Origin: Blasia pusilla
Lineage: Eukaryota
Direction: 5' to 3'
Length of the DNA: 64,000 bases
NCBI GenBank assembly: GCA_050084515.1
Contig: CM114271.1
Location: 21,576,001-21,640,000, forward strand
Each line of letters opens with the position of its first letter. The stretch's first letter is position 1. The notes beneath the pieces are model-generated. The model searched no databases and had not been told where the DNA came from. It saw nothing but the letters and a program-made list of their open reading frames with translations. Of the stretch, positions 1-15,591 are shown piece after piece. Position numbers and translations under genes: made by a program.

Positions 1-3000
1 ATCACAAGAACTTTTAATATTGCAGGCACCAATGACAAATGCAAGAGATTAAAGCAAGGATGAATAACCTTGGAGCCTCTCCGCTTGCTGGGCGAAAAAT
101 CCTGAAATTGCGTGGGTTTGACCCAAATCTTCATAACACCAAAACCAAGGCAGACACATGTCAACAGGACTCCATCTAAATCTCCATGACAGTGAGTAAT
201 TCTATCTCCTTTCCTTGGTTGTTTGAAGGATTTCTTTCAATACACTTGCAAAAGAAGCACACCAGCAATAGGTAATCTCTAAGCCAGAAGGGAGAGACTG
301 TACTCATCAAGTAGTGCCTGTCGTGACCTTGCAACCATACTGGTTGCAAGGTCGCGACCCCAAACCCTGGTTGGCCCAGTGACATACTGTGTTCATTAAG
401 TGTTGCCTGTCATAGCCTTGTAAACATAGACCCTGTGCCCTGGTTGGACAGTGCTAGACAATGGGATGGGAACAGGGAGAAGGTTACATATGAGAGCAGG
501 GAGACCCTCATCTAGTCTGATTGCTGACCATATAGAGTGTTGGTGTGGAGCTTCCAGATATAAACCTCAATGAGTGAAGCGATTTCTTGTCCGCAAAGGG
601 CCATGGGACTTTGATTTCCAAATAGAAGAGGGAAAAAAGAACATGCTCCAATTACTGGGAATTTGTGTAACAAAAGTTGAACACTCTTGAGACTTACTTT
701 TCAATCGCGAGCAGATAGTGAGTCCTTCCATGCCATTCTCTTTTTGATTGATAAAAACCATTTTCGGACTTGCTCTCTTCCTCCCGACAATTATCCTCCA
801 GTAGTCGACTAGCATCCTGAAAAAAATGCATCCAAATCCTTTCAATCAGCTACATAGGTTGTAAAAAATGGATTCTTAACAAATAGTATGGAAGATAACT
901 TGAAATCGAGGTAGGGATCTGGAATTGCTTACCTCCCATGTGAGTCCCCTATCAATTCTGAGTACAAAAAGGGTGGTCAAAGCTCCAGACATTGGATCCC
1001 GATGCACTGCCTGCTCCATCGTGTTGTTAGAAAGTTGATTGAAAATTTAAGAAAAAGAATGATGAGGAAATTGTAAAGAAGCCTCAACTTGACCGTTCCC
1101 ACTTGAGACCAAGAGCAAGTACATAAGGCGAACCAGTTCAGCAGGAACAGTCCTGTTCGTGTCTTACTTTGTACAAATGTCACTTTCTGTGAAACCTGAA
1201 TTGTTAATCAGCCCTCTACGTCATAAATTGAACAGGCTTACAATACTCTGGGAATTTACCATTGCTGAGTGGATTTTGTGCAGATGAGTACCTCAAAAGA
1301 ATCGATTTCAATCAGCTATTTCTAAAGTAGGTTGGTGTTGGTTGGAGCTCAGGCTTACTCCTTTGGTTGACACTCCAGCATGAACGACTCCCTCAAGACT
1401 AAAGGGCTGATTCTAGCCAGCTAAGGTCGTGAATATGTCCCAAATACTGAGCTTGAAATTACAAAGACGAAGCAAATTTACCAAAAATCTGACTTGGAGT
1501 AAAGGTGGGCTGATAGGAGATCGTTGTAAAGTTGAAAATTGCTGAACTATGTTAATCTTTCCAGATGAAGCCCTGTCAGGTCTGGCCATATCCTTTCAAC
1601 CTGAAATGCATGGATTGCATATGATATGGAAAACTGGTGGCATTACATTGATACCAGTCGATCAATTACAAGATATAACGTAGCTGAACATGGTGTAAGG
1701 CAGACAAGAAGGACAACCTTTGGCTCTTCTTGCAACTCGATAAGGTTTGCTTTGATATCCACAATCCCTGAATCAAACTGCCCATCCTTGCGAGCCCCTT
1801 GTACTAGATCATCAAATATGTTCACGAAGTACTCAAAGATACTGCACACTCAATTAAAAGATGCTGATTAGTAAAACATGCCAGACTTATGCCATACATT
1901 GTGTGAATGGAAAGATAGAGCTCATGCTAAACAAAAACACAATCTTGCTACAGGAAAGAGATCATTGTGGAATCCAGAATGACTGGAATAAAGTCTTTTT
2001 CCAGGTGACACTGTCCTTAAGTTCTATAAGCCTACAAGAACCGCTTGAACGCAAAAACCTAAGGGGAAAATAGCGATGAAAAACCAAGAGTGTAACATAA
2101 ACAAAGAAAGGGAAAATAGGGGGCATTGAGTTAATTAAAAGACTCAGGTTCAAAGGAAATAACAAGCAAGAGGTCAGATATCACACCGATTTTGAAAATC
2201 AGGTTCCAACCCCAAAACTCGGTTCAAAAAGCGTCCAACATCATGCAGATCCGTTTCAGAGATGCGTCCAAGGCTTTTAAACGAACCCTTACTACCAGTA
2301 AGTTGAGTTGCTGTAACTGCCAAAAAGGAGCAATCAATCACCATCCTCTTGAAGAAATGAAAAAAAAATCTCTTAACTTTTTCAAAATTTGCAGCCTCAG
2401 ATAACATTCATTTCTCTATTTATATCAACATCTTCTTGAATAGGCAAAGCTTGAAACCACTGGCTCCTCTATGAGGAAGCACCGTTATTTCGGCAAAAAG
2501 TGGGCAGAAAATATCCCTTGTTTCACAGTTGAGCATTTCAACACTAACTAAATGGTATGAACAATCTGTTTGAGTGCTCAGTGGATATCACCCTAGCTAG
2601 ACGTAAGATCTAGCGGTAGAAAGAACAAGTTTGAACACATCCTCACATCAAATCAATCCTCACATCAAATCCATCATCTGCTAAGAGTTCTTTTGTTCAA
2701 TTTTTATTCTATATCAACCAGGATTAAAGTAAATAATGAGCACCAAACCAGTAGAAGTTACCAACCAGTAGCATCTCGTATAACTCCCACACACAAGAGA
2801 GCAGCTCTAGCAAAAGTAAAGAAATCCTTTTCATCTTCAACACCTTTTGTACCCGGAGGAGGCAAAGGTGGTTCTGTCTGCAAAATTAGACCAGAGTTAA
2901 AGTCTGACAAAGGTCATAAGCCAAATTTCCACTAATCATTGGGGACATTGCTCCTTGAGTGGAATATGAAATGAACTGAAGGTTACCGAAAGTACAAACC

Positions 3001-6000
3001 TGCTCCAGGACAGCTTTATACATCATCGCCAACGCCTTTTTACCATAACCACTGTCGTAGTTGTATGCACTTAGAGACTGACCAGCCCCAGCCCTATACA
3101 ATCAACGGTGCAAGTATCACGATGATGTGAATAACCTTTCTAAACCCCACCAGTGGAGAATCATTCAGAGTAGACCCTTGTCTCACTCTCTGCAGTGTCT
3201 TGTCCTATGTAGAGGAGTCAACACATCTGAAATTAACCTTCCAGAAGCTATAAAACAGAAAAATATATATTGCTAGAGAGAAACCTATCATACTCAATAC
3301 AATACATATACCATAAAAGCACCAGGTCGTTTGCCTATCGCTTTGATCTTGTCAATAGGAGTTTGGGGAAGATCATCAAGGCAACACACCTACGATCACC
3401 CTGGGTCAAAGCACCCAGAGTCTCCAATCGCTTTGCAACAATTGAAGCAAACCGCCGCTCTCCACCAAGATTGGTAAACAACAGCCTGGAATTCAAGAGT
3501 TCAAATGAAGCAGCAGATGAGAGTTCAGCATGATATCAGAAAATGCAGTCGAAGTTCAGACCAACCTACAGTCTGACTCCATAAAACACACACGGAGATA
3601 TACAGAATAGGGTTTTACAGTAGGTAGGTAGTTGTATTCTAAATTCGAACTCCAGTCAGAAATTCTCATGGATACATTGTTTATCTAATGAAATCCTTGG
3701 TCAAAATAAAACAGCCATCACATCATGAAAGGACCAAAGCAAACTTGAGAAAAAAGGGGATACTGGAGTGAAGAATTCACTGTAATTCAATATAGACGCA
3801 CTATGATTGCCTACTACCGAGTAAAAACAGATAAATTGTGAAATAGTTTGACTCATTGTTTGACAAACAGTCAGCCAGACAAGCCCACAAAAGCATCTCA
3901 TAAACAGTAAAAAGTTGAATTAAATATTTTGGAAATTTTCTTCCAAGCACAATGGAAGACAATATCTTCAATTGACAAAACCAGACTTACCTATACTGTG
4001 GGGCAGAAGCTTGATTGGAACGGTGAGTCCTACCAAATTGTTGAATAGCACGATCAGCACTCCATGGAAGCTCCAGGGTAATATGGACTCTTCTTTTCTG
4101 CATTTACAGAAACTCTGTTACTACCTGAAGTTGTGGTCAATTAGTATGAGAATGATGCATGGGTAGGCTATCATGTCAATTGCAATCTTACAGGCAAGTG
4201 TCGACATTGCTATGCTAGTCTCCCTGAAGAAAAAACACTTCACAGGCAACAGCTAAGGAATACCTGATTTGAAATTCGCCTGTCAGCTTGTAAAGACACA
4301 CCCGCAGAAGCAGCCTCTGAGATGACAGCAACGAGTTTCTTGCCATCCATAAATTGCTGCTTTTCATGCATGTTTGTCATCTCCATTGTGACATCCTTCC
4401 TGTACATTACAGTCAATCAGTAAGCACATCCAAATCTGAGACATGTGTTGCATCCAAACCAGTACTCCTCAAAGAAACATGAGATGTGCCCACATTGTTC
4501 ACTCTGCTCAAGGAGGGAATTCATTTTTGGTTCCAACATCAAGAACACTCATGTGTCTTCCCAAAACACTCCTTTCAACTTGAACAACTAAAATTATAAA
4601 TCAGCATAGGAACGTATCCCTACGTATTGCGAGCCTGGTAAATAACTCCTTTCCCATTTGCTGCACGCACCAGCATCCCCCTTCGGCCTGTCATTTCTGC
4701 GACACAATCCGGACCTCCCAACTGCCGAACCAATTACATCACAGTTTCCTGATTCTAAATTGAACATCAACCTTTAGGTAGTCAAGTAGAGATAATGGCT
4801 GTTGATTGTACGAGAAAAGGAGAGTTATCTATAGTCTTCATTTACACTTCATCTTGAGAAAGGGTGAACATATCCTTCCATTCTATAGAAATATCCTCCA
4901 GGACAGCCAAGTGAACATGTGTTTACAACTGATTGGGAAACACAACTGGTATTATGACCGGAAGCAACCAAAGTTCCTCTATGCCCACCTGATCGATGAT
5001 GTCATCAAGGGGATTGTTTGGTAGCTCGAGAGACCGGATCACCTCCATTACTTTTGTTCGCCTCTCCTTCGCTGCTTCATACCTGTGTTACATGGGGGAG
5101 TTCTTCTAAGTTAACTTACTCCTTACAGAAATAAGCATTAATCTTGAGCTCCACATGCTATTGAAAGGACTCTTGCAATTACCTTTGCCATTGGTCTGCA
5201 ATGAACAACCGATGTTCTTGCCGAATTTCATTGATCGCCTTAATGCAATCAGAACAGACCCAACCCCTACTGGGCATTTCTGTAAGAGGAGGAGCATGAC
5301 ATCCAAGATGCATCACTCGGACACATTGAGAACACTCCACGAATGATTGTGTGGCCTGTGCATTTCACAATGGAAAGAAACATTACTCCTCTGCCTGGCT
5401 TCTACAAACTATTGCACATGCCTCCACAAATTTTGAATGAGGACGACAGCTTATACAATCAAACCAAAGAAAATCAACGTACATTGTCACTGGTGCAGAT
5501 GCTGCAGATTTTGAAGTCATCATCAATTTCAGTTGACTCCCGGTCAGATTCCGCTGCACAAAAGATCACATTCTACTTAGAACTGTGATTAAAGACAACT
5601 ATCAAGATTCCAGAAAATTAATTCCAACAATGTGAAGTTAAACAATTGACCCCTTGAATCACATCCGGACCTCCTCCCCCCGCCCATCCCCCTCCCAAAG
5701 GCAAAGCTGTAGCTCCAACATCATTTCCTTTCTTAAATGAGGACTGATCCATGAGTCCTCACATATGGCCATCACAGAACAGTGCATTGATAGGCTTCCT
5801 AATGGAATGTTCCTTAGTAACATTCACTCAACCAGATGCACACATCTTTCATTTTCAATGTAAGAGCTGGATGACACAAAGCCCCAATTGACACACCAGG
5901 CCTACGAGCTCCTATAGCTTGGCTGAGTGGATGAATCCAAAATATTCTGCAGTTGTTACGCGATTCAAGGCTTAAGTTCAACTCCTTACAGCTAAAATAC

Positions 6001-9000
6001 TCCACTATCCAAGTGCATTCTCATACCATGTTAGTGATGCTTCACTAACATGGAGGAAGTCCAGATGAGAACATATGAGTATAGACTAACACCAGCTTGA
6101 GGAAAACATTTAGTACATATTATGTATGAATCTAAAGTGTTCTGGATGGAAGTGAACTCTTTCTTTTTCTTGGCAAAGAAAACTGTACAAATCGTAGAAC
6201 GAAACCTTGTTTAGATGAAACTTCAGTCTTTGGGCTCTTGAATTTCTAGCTAATAATAGTCATGGGACCTTGTCGGGATAATAATTCAGTCTTTTGGTTC
6301 TTGAATCTCTAGCAAATTATAGTCTTTCATTCATAGTCTTACGCCTGAATTTCAGTCGCTAGCACATGCAGCTACAATTCGATAGTTCAGATTTGGCAAC
6401 CTAATACACGTCCAGTATCCCTCTATCCAATCAACATACATTGAGTGGAAAGATCAGGTGTTCTTTCCACCACCATTGCAGGTTCGACATCAATTCTTGG
6501 CAACCTTATTCAGGGCAGCTTTATATCCCTGTCCTCCTGCTGACCAAACGAATTTCAAGTGACAACAAATGCACCAAGGTTGTGGGTCACACCCCGTCAA
6601 CAAGAATAGAGGTCAGTCTCATCACACAAATCCAAATGTCATGCAATAGAGGCACATCTTATTTAGGAGATATATACGTACTTTCATCATCTTCGTCACA
6701 ATCCTCATCAGTTTCGACTTGTGGCATTTTCTTCGTCTTTCCTTTTGTGGGGGCATTTGCATTACCCGGATGGGGTCTTTTTCTACTTTCTCCCTTCCAA
6801 AGATCCTCGTCAGCTACAGATCAAGTGTGTGGGAAAGGAAATAATTAGCAAACTTTACAACCTTTAACCAGTCCCGTTCCAAAATTAAAACTCCAAACTA
6901 AGTCTTGCACAAAACTTCCTACTTTCAATCTAGATATACTAGAGAAATGAAAGACATTTTGAGCTCAACAAAGAGCAAAGAGCATCAAAATAAAAAGAGT
7001 AAAGCAAAACTCTGAAACCTTGCAATGGTTTGGGCTCAGGAGGAAGTGGATAGTGCTCTTCCACAAGCTTCAGCAGCAACTCTCTTGGTCCTGAGACAAA
7101 ATCATCAAGCTCAACTCCCTGCCCCACAAAATCACAAGTTATAACTGATGTTGTCTACTATCAGACATCTCTGTCCTGGGACAATTCATCCAGTTCATCT
7201 GATGTGAACTCCCAAAGGTGACATGACTTATTGTGCAGACAATTACTAAGTTTCCTTTGGTCAACGTGGGGCATATTACCAAAATGAATATGAGAATACA
7301 GGTTCTGCATACAAAGTTGGCATACAAAGCTGGTCATATGCACAATTATAGTGAACTTTCTCTAGCACTAGCCTAATTCAAATACTATATCAAAAAGAGG
7401 AATGATGGTAAACCCACATATTTATTGACGGCTTCTTCGGTCCGAGCTTCCCCTGTACTCTGGAGCCCAATCACAACACATTTCCCTTCGGCAAGTGCTA
7501 GCTTAGCCAACCTAACAGCTGCAGGTACCTTTGCTGACATGCAAATATGTCGAAAAAAACGCTGCAGAGAATGGATAAAGACCAAAGTCAATTATCACAA
7601 AACATGAGGACAGGCAACATTCAATGACTCTATGATCGAAATAATTTAGACTATTTCCAAGCTTTTCCTAGTGCAAGTGATGTGCCACACATTACACAGA
7701 TGCAATGGAAGCTTTCCACAAACCCAACACATACACCACACAAGTATTGATGGCCTCTTTGCACTCTTGGATTCATCTGAAAGTAAAAAATGGTGGGTTA
7801 CAAAACGGAACGTGCATGGTCAACATGGTGAGTGACGTAACAAGATCTCCATGACCAACATACCAGTAAACTGGATTGGGCAGAATTATAACTGCAGGCA
7901 TCAGTTCAGGTATCTTTAACACCTATGACACGCATCAGATGACATCAAACAAGAACATAACAAAAAGCAACTGGGTAAGGACTTTATACCCACCTGATGA
8001 TTGGCCCAATATAGCCGCCATAGCTGATTTTGGTTAGGCCTTCTATCTTGAACAGCCTCCAGTGCAACCATTAATTCTGTACGTAATTCATTCCAAAATT
8101 GGGTAGCTGTGAAGTACATTTTCTGCAAAAAGAATGAATTCAGCATCCAAATATGTTAGGTCTATTCAAAAGTGAAGTATTAAAGGAGAATAGGCAACAA
8201 CTAGAGTGAATATGCACTTAAGACATGTTATTTATCCACAGCTTACGAGTCAAGGCGTTTACCAACTTCTTTTTTTCCTTCAACATAGACGGTTTTCATG
8301 ATGAATTATTGTCGCTATTCTACCCATTGAATTTATTGTTTGGAGAGCTCGTTTTAAGATTCTAAGTACATCAAGGGCTTGTCATCAATCTCTTAAAAAA
8401 ATCCTTATTGCCCAAATGGTGTCTCTAATGCTTGGTTTCTACTACGATAGCAAGTTTTCCTCTCTTGGTTGTGTAGTAATCTTGCTCCGCTAGCAACAAC
8501 TTGCAGAAAAAGAAGGCAATCGGATGTCAGGAAGGCAGGTCAAAACCTTCATATTTGACTCAAGAGGAACCTCATCAATCGCAAACTCCGCACATTTGAA
8601 ACTGAGCGTTCGACACACGTACATACCCCTGCATGAGCCACCCACAACTCAAACTAAATTATTGCAGAATAAAGTCAACCCACAGGTAGGCCTATAAACA
8701 ATAGTCCCAGTCCTCGAGAAATGCGAGTATGAAAATGGTTTTCTTTCTGCCACCAACATTGATTCATTAGCACAACAAGAAGCCTACATAAAGCTCTGAA
8801 CTCTGCAGTTAGGTTAGTATTTTGTATCCCAAAGGCTTGCCACAAAGAATCAATTTCCATTCTCTCTTGAGTATCTTTAATACTATCAATCTGAAACATT
8901 ATGGACATTTGGTCACAGTTTATCTTTCCTCACCTCGCTTTCATGTCCATGGCAACAAGTTCAAGAGCACCCACGCCACGCTTTTCAAGTGCCACTGCCA

Positions 9001-12000
9001 ACTTGAACCAAACAATGGCCTCTTCAGCCAAGAACTGATGTGGATAGAGTCATACATTCTTGGCTGAAGTTGATAGTCTTAGTTTTACACAGAATCATTG
9101 CAACATCCAAAGTACATCAGCCAGACTAGAAAGGACTTGTCAGGAAACATATATATATTGCCAAATTACAATCTAATACTTGGTGAGAGATTTTCCCAGG
9201 TACAAACCAAGAAACGCTTGGAAATTAGGAAAGTCTGTTCCAGGTCCCCATAAACCAAGGCGGGCCATGTATCCCATATTGCGAGGCTCTGATGCTCCAG
9301 TTGCTGAGCAGTACACAACTCGCGCGTCACCCAGCCTTGTCTGTCCACAAACCAAGTAAAAGGTCACTGACATAACACAGCAGCTCATGAAGACTGTTCT
9401 CTGTCCTCCCTCTTAGATCAAATCTAGCAACTACTTTCATCGTAACTATAAATCAATTTCTATCACTCAAAAGATCTAGTGAAAACACCTGTTGAACCTT
9501 GCAAATTTAGTTCATTCCAACCGACTGTATGTGAGATGACATTAAATGTTGAAAATATTCCCACTCACTTGGACTTCCAAAACAGCTTCGCCAGTGCGAG
9601 TAGCCTGCCCTCCAGTCTCTGGTATCAGGTTTTTTGCTTTGTGGCACTACATAATCAAAGAGTGTCCAATTAGAGACAAAAATAAAAGCACTCTGAGAAT
9701 AAAAGTCAAACCACAGTCATCACATTAAGGTTCTCTGCCAACCGTGTGCAGAGAAATATTAAGCATCTATGAATGCAGAGATGAGTCTCCAGACAATGCA
9801 AGCACAAGCACAAACACAAAGTCTTTCTAGATAGGAGATACAATGGTTTATACACAGAACCTCGTCAAACACCAAGAGGCCCTCAAAGTTTGGACCACAC
9901 CACTGCACAAGCTGCTGCAGGCGAGACCTTCCTTTCTCTGATGATGCAATGAGGCTATTGTAAGTCAGAAACATGACTCCTTCCCTCACACCTACTTGCT
10001 TCGAGTCAAGTTTTGCATAGGGGAGTTTGTTCAGCGCATGAACTGCAAATCCACCAAACTTAGTAAGTGTCACTGACATCACTACGAAAAAGTGCCACCC
10101 CTTGATTTAAACTGTGATCAAAAGACTTGCTCACCATGAAGCCTTAGTGACTTCCATATTAAGCATTGTCCTCCAGTTCAGAGACAATCTCCATCAGATC
10201 ATCAAAATGTTATGAACCATTTTCAGCTGACACAACTAAGTTGTAAATATAAAATGCCTTGAGAGTTGTGGACATGAAGATTGAGTAAGGACAGCATAAG
10301 GTGTTTGATTAAGCCTGGGCATCCCTCATAAGGCTTGGAGACAAGACCCGAAAGTCCATTCACAAAAACTTGCAAAATCATCCCATTGAAATCTACTTGA
10401 TATTTTCAAGGAAACAATGGCTACACTGCTTCTTCTAACTGGAGGTGGCACCACCTTGCAAAACCACACAGACTTCCTGATCAGCGAAAAACCACATTCT
10501 TCCCAAATGGCCACAAAATTTCCTCATGATGTTTATCCCCAGAACAGGATAATAAACTTCAATTTCCTCCACATCCAGTTAGACCCTAAACCCTGAAATC
10601 CACCTTCATCTACTGGACCCCAGTAGCCAACCAGTAGGTTCATCTTAGGCTAGTCTAAAAACACACTCAGGGCCATCAGAACTATAAATAGTCTCAAAGC
10701 ATCGAAAATCATTCCATTGAAATGACCTCAATACTTTCAAAGAACATACTAATTACATCCTTTCATGTCCTCTGACTCGATGTGACTCAGACAAGACTTT
10801 CCAATTGAACACGCAGTAATTCCTCCTGGTCAGCTTTCCTGTGCCAGGAAGCACGACATTCTTCCCGAACACTCCCAAAACTTTCGTCATGATAAGCAGG
10901 ATCAAACAGTATAATAATCTTACTTCTCCTCCACATCCAATCTGACACTACAGCCTAATTTCAGTTACTTAACACCAGTAAAACATTATTAGTCTGATCT
11001 TAGGCTAGTCCCCCTCAACAAATAAGGTTCTCGAGCCATAGAATGTTTAAGAAAATAGGTTCTAGCTCAGGGAGCATCTTTAGTTGGCGACAAGTCCATT
11101 GTCAAGTTATGTTGCTGAGACATGACCAAAAAGTAACCACAAGATGTAGACAAGCTCCGACTCTGAACTGCACTGTATGGTACATCCAAGAGAAGGCTGA
11201 ATCACATACCCTCTACACAAGTAGCACCTACATCATCTAGGTCTCTTCTTGCATCAAACTTGAGATCGGAAGTGACAGACAACCATCTGCAAGAATCACA
11301 ACAAGATATCAATTTGGGATCTCAAAAGCATACTCAAGCTTTGTTCACTAGAGTTGACCAAAAATTTCAGATCTGTTAATATCCCCTTACAAATAAGTGC
11401 TGCACTTTCCACAACAATTGGTATCTCCCAATTGATTTCCCAGGCTACCGTGGTAGTCACAGCCGCAAGTAACTGATAAATAGCCAAAGTCTTGTAGCAG
11501 CCGAAAACCCACTTATTTAAGTACAAACGGAGGACAACATAGCCAAGCATGAACAGAACACCAAATCGTAACTGAGAACTTACATCCCTTTGGGAGAAAC
11601 TTAATATCCCAGAAAGTCCAACTAACTTTACATTTGCAGCTCTGCTGAGAATTTCCATGTCAGCAAGAAAGTAAATCCCTTCCCATTTAACTCATCATTA
11701 CCACTACACAGGAATACACTGTAAAAGAACTTGCAGTTGACGAGAATCACATATTCTATTACTAGAGCAACCTTCCACATTCTGTTCAAGAACTTACCAC
11801 AGCTTATGTATCATCACTCGAACCGTAAAGACCAAACCTAATTGGCTAAACATGTTCATATGATCAGTTTTCAGTACAAGGACTTACTTTTAACACTAGT
11901 TCAATTGTTAAGACCTCATGATCCATCCTACATTCCAAGCTAAGGAAGTTTTGCTCTAGTACCATAGTCATAGCCCCAACATCTCACAATATTTTTAACA

Positions 12001-15000
12001 ACTTTCTTGATTCCTAGATGACCAACCAAAAGTGTAGACTGTCCCAACAGTGAACCGACTGCAAAAACTTAATGCTGCTGATCTCATAAGTCGTGTTCAT
12101 TTCAAATACAAGATTATGTAGCAAATGACCACAATTTACACATCTGATGTCCCTGCATCGAACCATAGAATCCGACACAAACTTACAGAGCTTTTCTTCT
12201 TCCTTGCTGCCAGTTTTCCCATACAAGCCCAGCAATTGTTCGACCTTTTCCAACCCCAGCTCCATCACCGATAAAAAATCCTGCCCTTGAATTATCCGCA
12301 AGATGGTACATATGTCTCTACAAAAACAAATCAATCAAAGTCCTGTTAAAACATATCTACATCATTACCAGCATTGGCTCTAAAACGCCATATGAGTGCG
12401 ACAAATCTTTTGTGGTCCCCAGAATTAATTTGTCTATTTTCCAGCACCAGAAGTTCTACGTCTTTGGTTGGTTGCCGGAATTTCTTGTCTTGTTTTCTGC
12501 CATGGAGTTTTCCCTATCCAATTATCCATCACCAAAATTTTCCACATCTCCTTGTTTATTATCAGAATTTTTCATATCTGACAGGAATTTTGTTTCTCCA
12601 TACATCACAAACAATTCAAGTTAGGTCATTTCTTTTGCATGACTGCTTATACAACATTTTCCTTCCCAACCACTCTTCAATCATTCTGATCCCTTATTGA
12701 TCACACTAGTCTTGCCCATAATAGTAAAAGTGTGCAGTTTGGGATGGCTGCCTGTATTTTGCATACCTGAGATGCATACACAATTGTTTCTAGTTGTAGA
12801 CAAGACAATGTCCCTGACTGTTCCATTTCTGCTCCCATTTTTAGTTGGTAAATGGGTTCTGGAGGCTGCACAGCTGAGAGTGATGCAGTTTCCACCACTG
12901 GATCTGGATGACTTGGTCCTATCGATAATTTGGAAGGACGCTGCAAACCACCAGAAATAGCCCATGAGTTTATATTACTGTTAGAAAGGATGGGACTTTG
13001 TTCAAAATGCCCTCCAACATCACCATTGTAACAATCTATTGTTTTAAAGAATTTGATGTCTTCATGGGGCAAAGTCAAATGAGAAAGAAAACCCTCTTTC
13101 ACACCTACTCTACTGAAATGAGCTAACAAAATTGGACTTCTATTTCTTGATGAGTATTCTTAGGGCTAAGCATGTGTTCCACCATATCAGCACTCTTTAT
13201 GTCGATCTGCACATACCAAGCTTCTGCTTCCTCCTTCACTAGTAGGTCCATAACATTTCATGCAAGCAAATGATCTCCTAACATCAACCCTACTACACTA
13301 CACTGGCGGATTCCTTCATTCATTCTTACACTTCCCCCCTCTTCACCAGTCATCTGGAGAAACTCTACTGAGTTTAGCAAGCCCAGAATATGAGAAACTC
13401 CAATTGCAGGCAATAGAAAACAACTTCCACGATCAATAGGTTTCAGACACTTTTCAGCCTTTAAGAAAACATATGGCCTAAACACCCACATAATCTGTGA
13501 AAGTTTCACCAGCTGTTCCTCCTTCATCTTCTTCTTGCTCCACTTCCAGAGCCACCTGCAAGGCATGTGAGATTTCATAAAACATCCAATTTGAACAAGC
13601 ATACCAGATGCTTAAAGATTCTAATGGCAACTACACAAGTGCTAAACGATATTACAGACAAAATGCGGTCAACCCATCATAAAATGGGTACAACTAGTAA
13701 ATGAATATACTACAAACTGTCTCCTGAAGGAATTCTTCCAATGTAAAATACTATTCTAGAGAAGCTCAGCATGCGCCTGAGCTCCTCTAGCATCTACGGT
13801 CTCACAATTGGCTTGTTCATGCATTCCACAGTCCACTCAGAACAGACAGTCTCCGGATGGGCGAAAAGAAGAGGTACACACAAAAAAGTGGCAAAGTTTA
13901 GAGCAGGCCTAGATGTTGGGTTCCCGCAAAGGTCCATATACACATTGGAGATTCCCACCTTGCGTATTACTACTTTGTACATCTGGGACACATCCCAGAT
14001 GGGAGCTTTCCCCAGAATATTTATGGAATACATCCAATGCTCAGTCATGTAATCCCCTCACTTGAGATGTTCATCACCCTCTTCCAGCTAACAGGAATAT
14101 GAACGCTCAGCCCAATATTTTGGATCAGCAGAACACATCCAAAGCTTGGATCTATGAACAGATAGTCCAGAATCTGCTGAATCATCCGCATGAATGTATT
14201 GAGCAAAGTGACCTCAGCCATTCCACATTGCCGTCATGATACAAATGGTATAATGATCCCACGAAAACCCATGACTTCACAAACCGTTAACCTGAGCCAT
14301 TCACGGTCACCTACATAAAGAGGTTTTTTATTCAGCAACAACAGTGTTGGCAGGTCAGCCTCCATTTTCGGTTGTCTACACATTACCACTGGCATTCCAG
14401 GCCTAAGCAACTTATTCATCAAGTGAAATATTTGGTCAACTGTCTTAATGTGTCTTCAATTTTGTTTTGGTATTTTGAAGACCAGGACCATGAGTCATCC
14501 CGTAAATTGTCGGTGAGATACAAATCTGAGTGCAGATAACTTGTCTTCTTTCAAGTTTGTTGTGAAGTAAGTTTCAAAAGTCTTGTGGTTGTTCGTCTAC
14601 CCAAGGCCAGTCTGAAAAGTGAAATCTGAGCGCAGTGACACACTATGAAAATGACCAAGGAAGTCCCGGCAACCTCTTCCGCGCGAGCAAAACCGAGAAA
14701 CTTGGGGTCTCTAGGTTCACGTAGACCGAGTGGACGACAATTTACGGAAAACGTCGTCCTTACCAAGGCAATTCAGTTGCTCAGCAGAGAGCTTCTCAAC
14801 CAGAAGACAGTTTGTCGCCAAAATCTCCTAAACACCTTGGTCTGCATGCTTACAGCAACGAGCCACTCCACCAAATGGACCGAAACTAAACGAAACGTGC
14901 ACCGACAGCTGAGATTATTGGACTTGGAAAGAGAACGACGAATCGTCAGCTCCTTAGAAGAGCAGGTCTTAATGAACGGGATGCTACAAGTTGCATGTAC

Positions 15001-15591
15001 TGTGCGTGGCACTGCAGCTGTGGCCAACACGCAGCGAAAGTAAGATTTTTTAGCACAATTCTATTTGTATATGCGCTTTCACTTAAACCCCCGAAACTTA
15101 AACCGCCGTCAACTACTTCTATTGCGCACACGGTCCGCAAGCGCCAATAATTTCAGAGGACCACTCACCTCATTAACCTCCTCTTTGACAGCATGAAGTC
15201 TGTTCCAAATAGGCGCGTCCAACGCGTCCCCCACGGCCGAGCTATCCAGTAGCCCGGGCGCCTGACCCGAAAGATGATTGAGGTGCGCAAGAGAACTTCG
15301 ATAAGCAGCCAGCTTCAGAGGATCAACCGCGAGCTCCACACGACACTGGGGACAGACGAACCTGCGTAGCAATGGAGGGACATTCAAAATGCAGCGACAA
15401 TTTGCACAAGGGAGCTGAAGCTTCGACGTGTCCACTCCCCGCGGATGCAACAGAGGCGGGAGGGCTTGGGGCAGCTTGCATTGCGGACACTGGAAGTTCA
15501 GCACTCCTCTCGGCACACTCAATATGCATCTGCACCCCGGGCTCGCACATTGCACCTGGCAGGCTCCAATGTCCGCCTCTCCAGGTCCCAT
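1..15591 (-). CDS. FGT1: Strawberry notch family protein FORGETTER1/EMB1135 homologue (N-terminal Cys zinc fingers, AAA_34 DExD-like domain, PHD finger, Helicase_C_4); more than 25 exons; 3' end lies beyond the left edge
   Basis: GT-AG-bounded exons translate to diagnostic SBNO/FGT1 motifs. Exon 1 ~15169-15591 ([10 protein letters not shown]...CPQC twice, EEVNE); 13490-13555 ([22 protein letters not shown]); ~12768-12941 ([17 protein letters not shown]...[14 protein letters not shown]); ~12188-12317 ([18 protein letters not shown]); ~9862-10043 (LLVFDE); ~9570-9660 (CHKAKN); ~9200-9340 ([23 protein letters not shown]); ~7421-7562 ([14 protein letters not shown]); PHD ~5180-5350 ([16 protein letters not shown]...WVCSDC); ~3991-4124 ([27 protein letters not shown]); last visible exon ~69-101 ([10 protein letters not shown]). 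Confidence 0.93.
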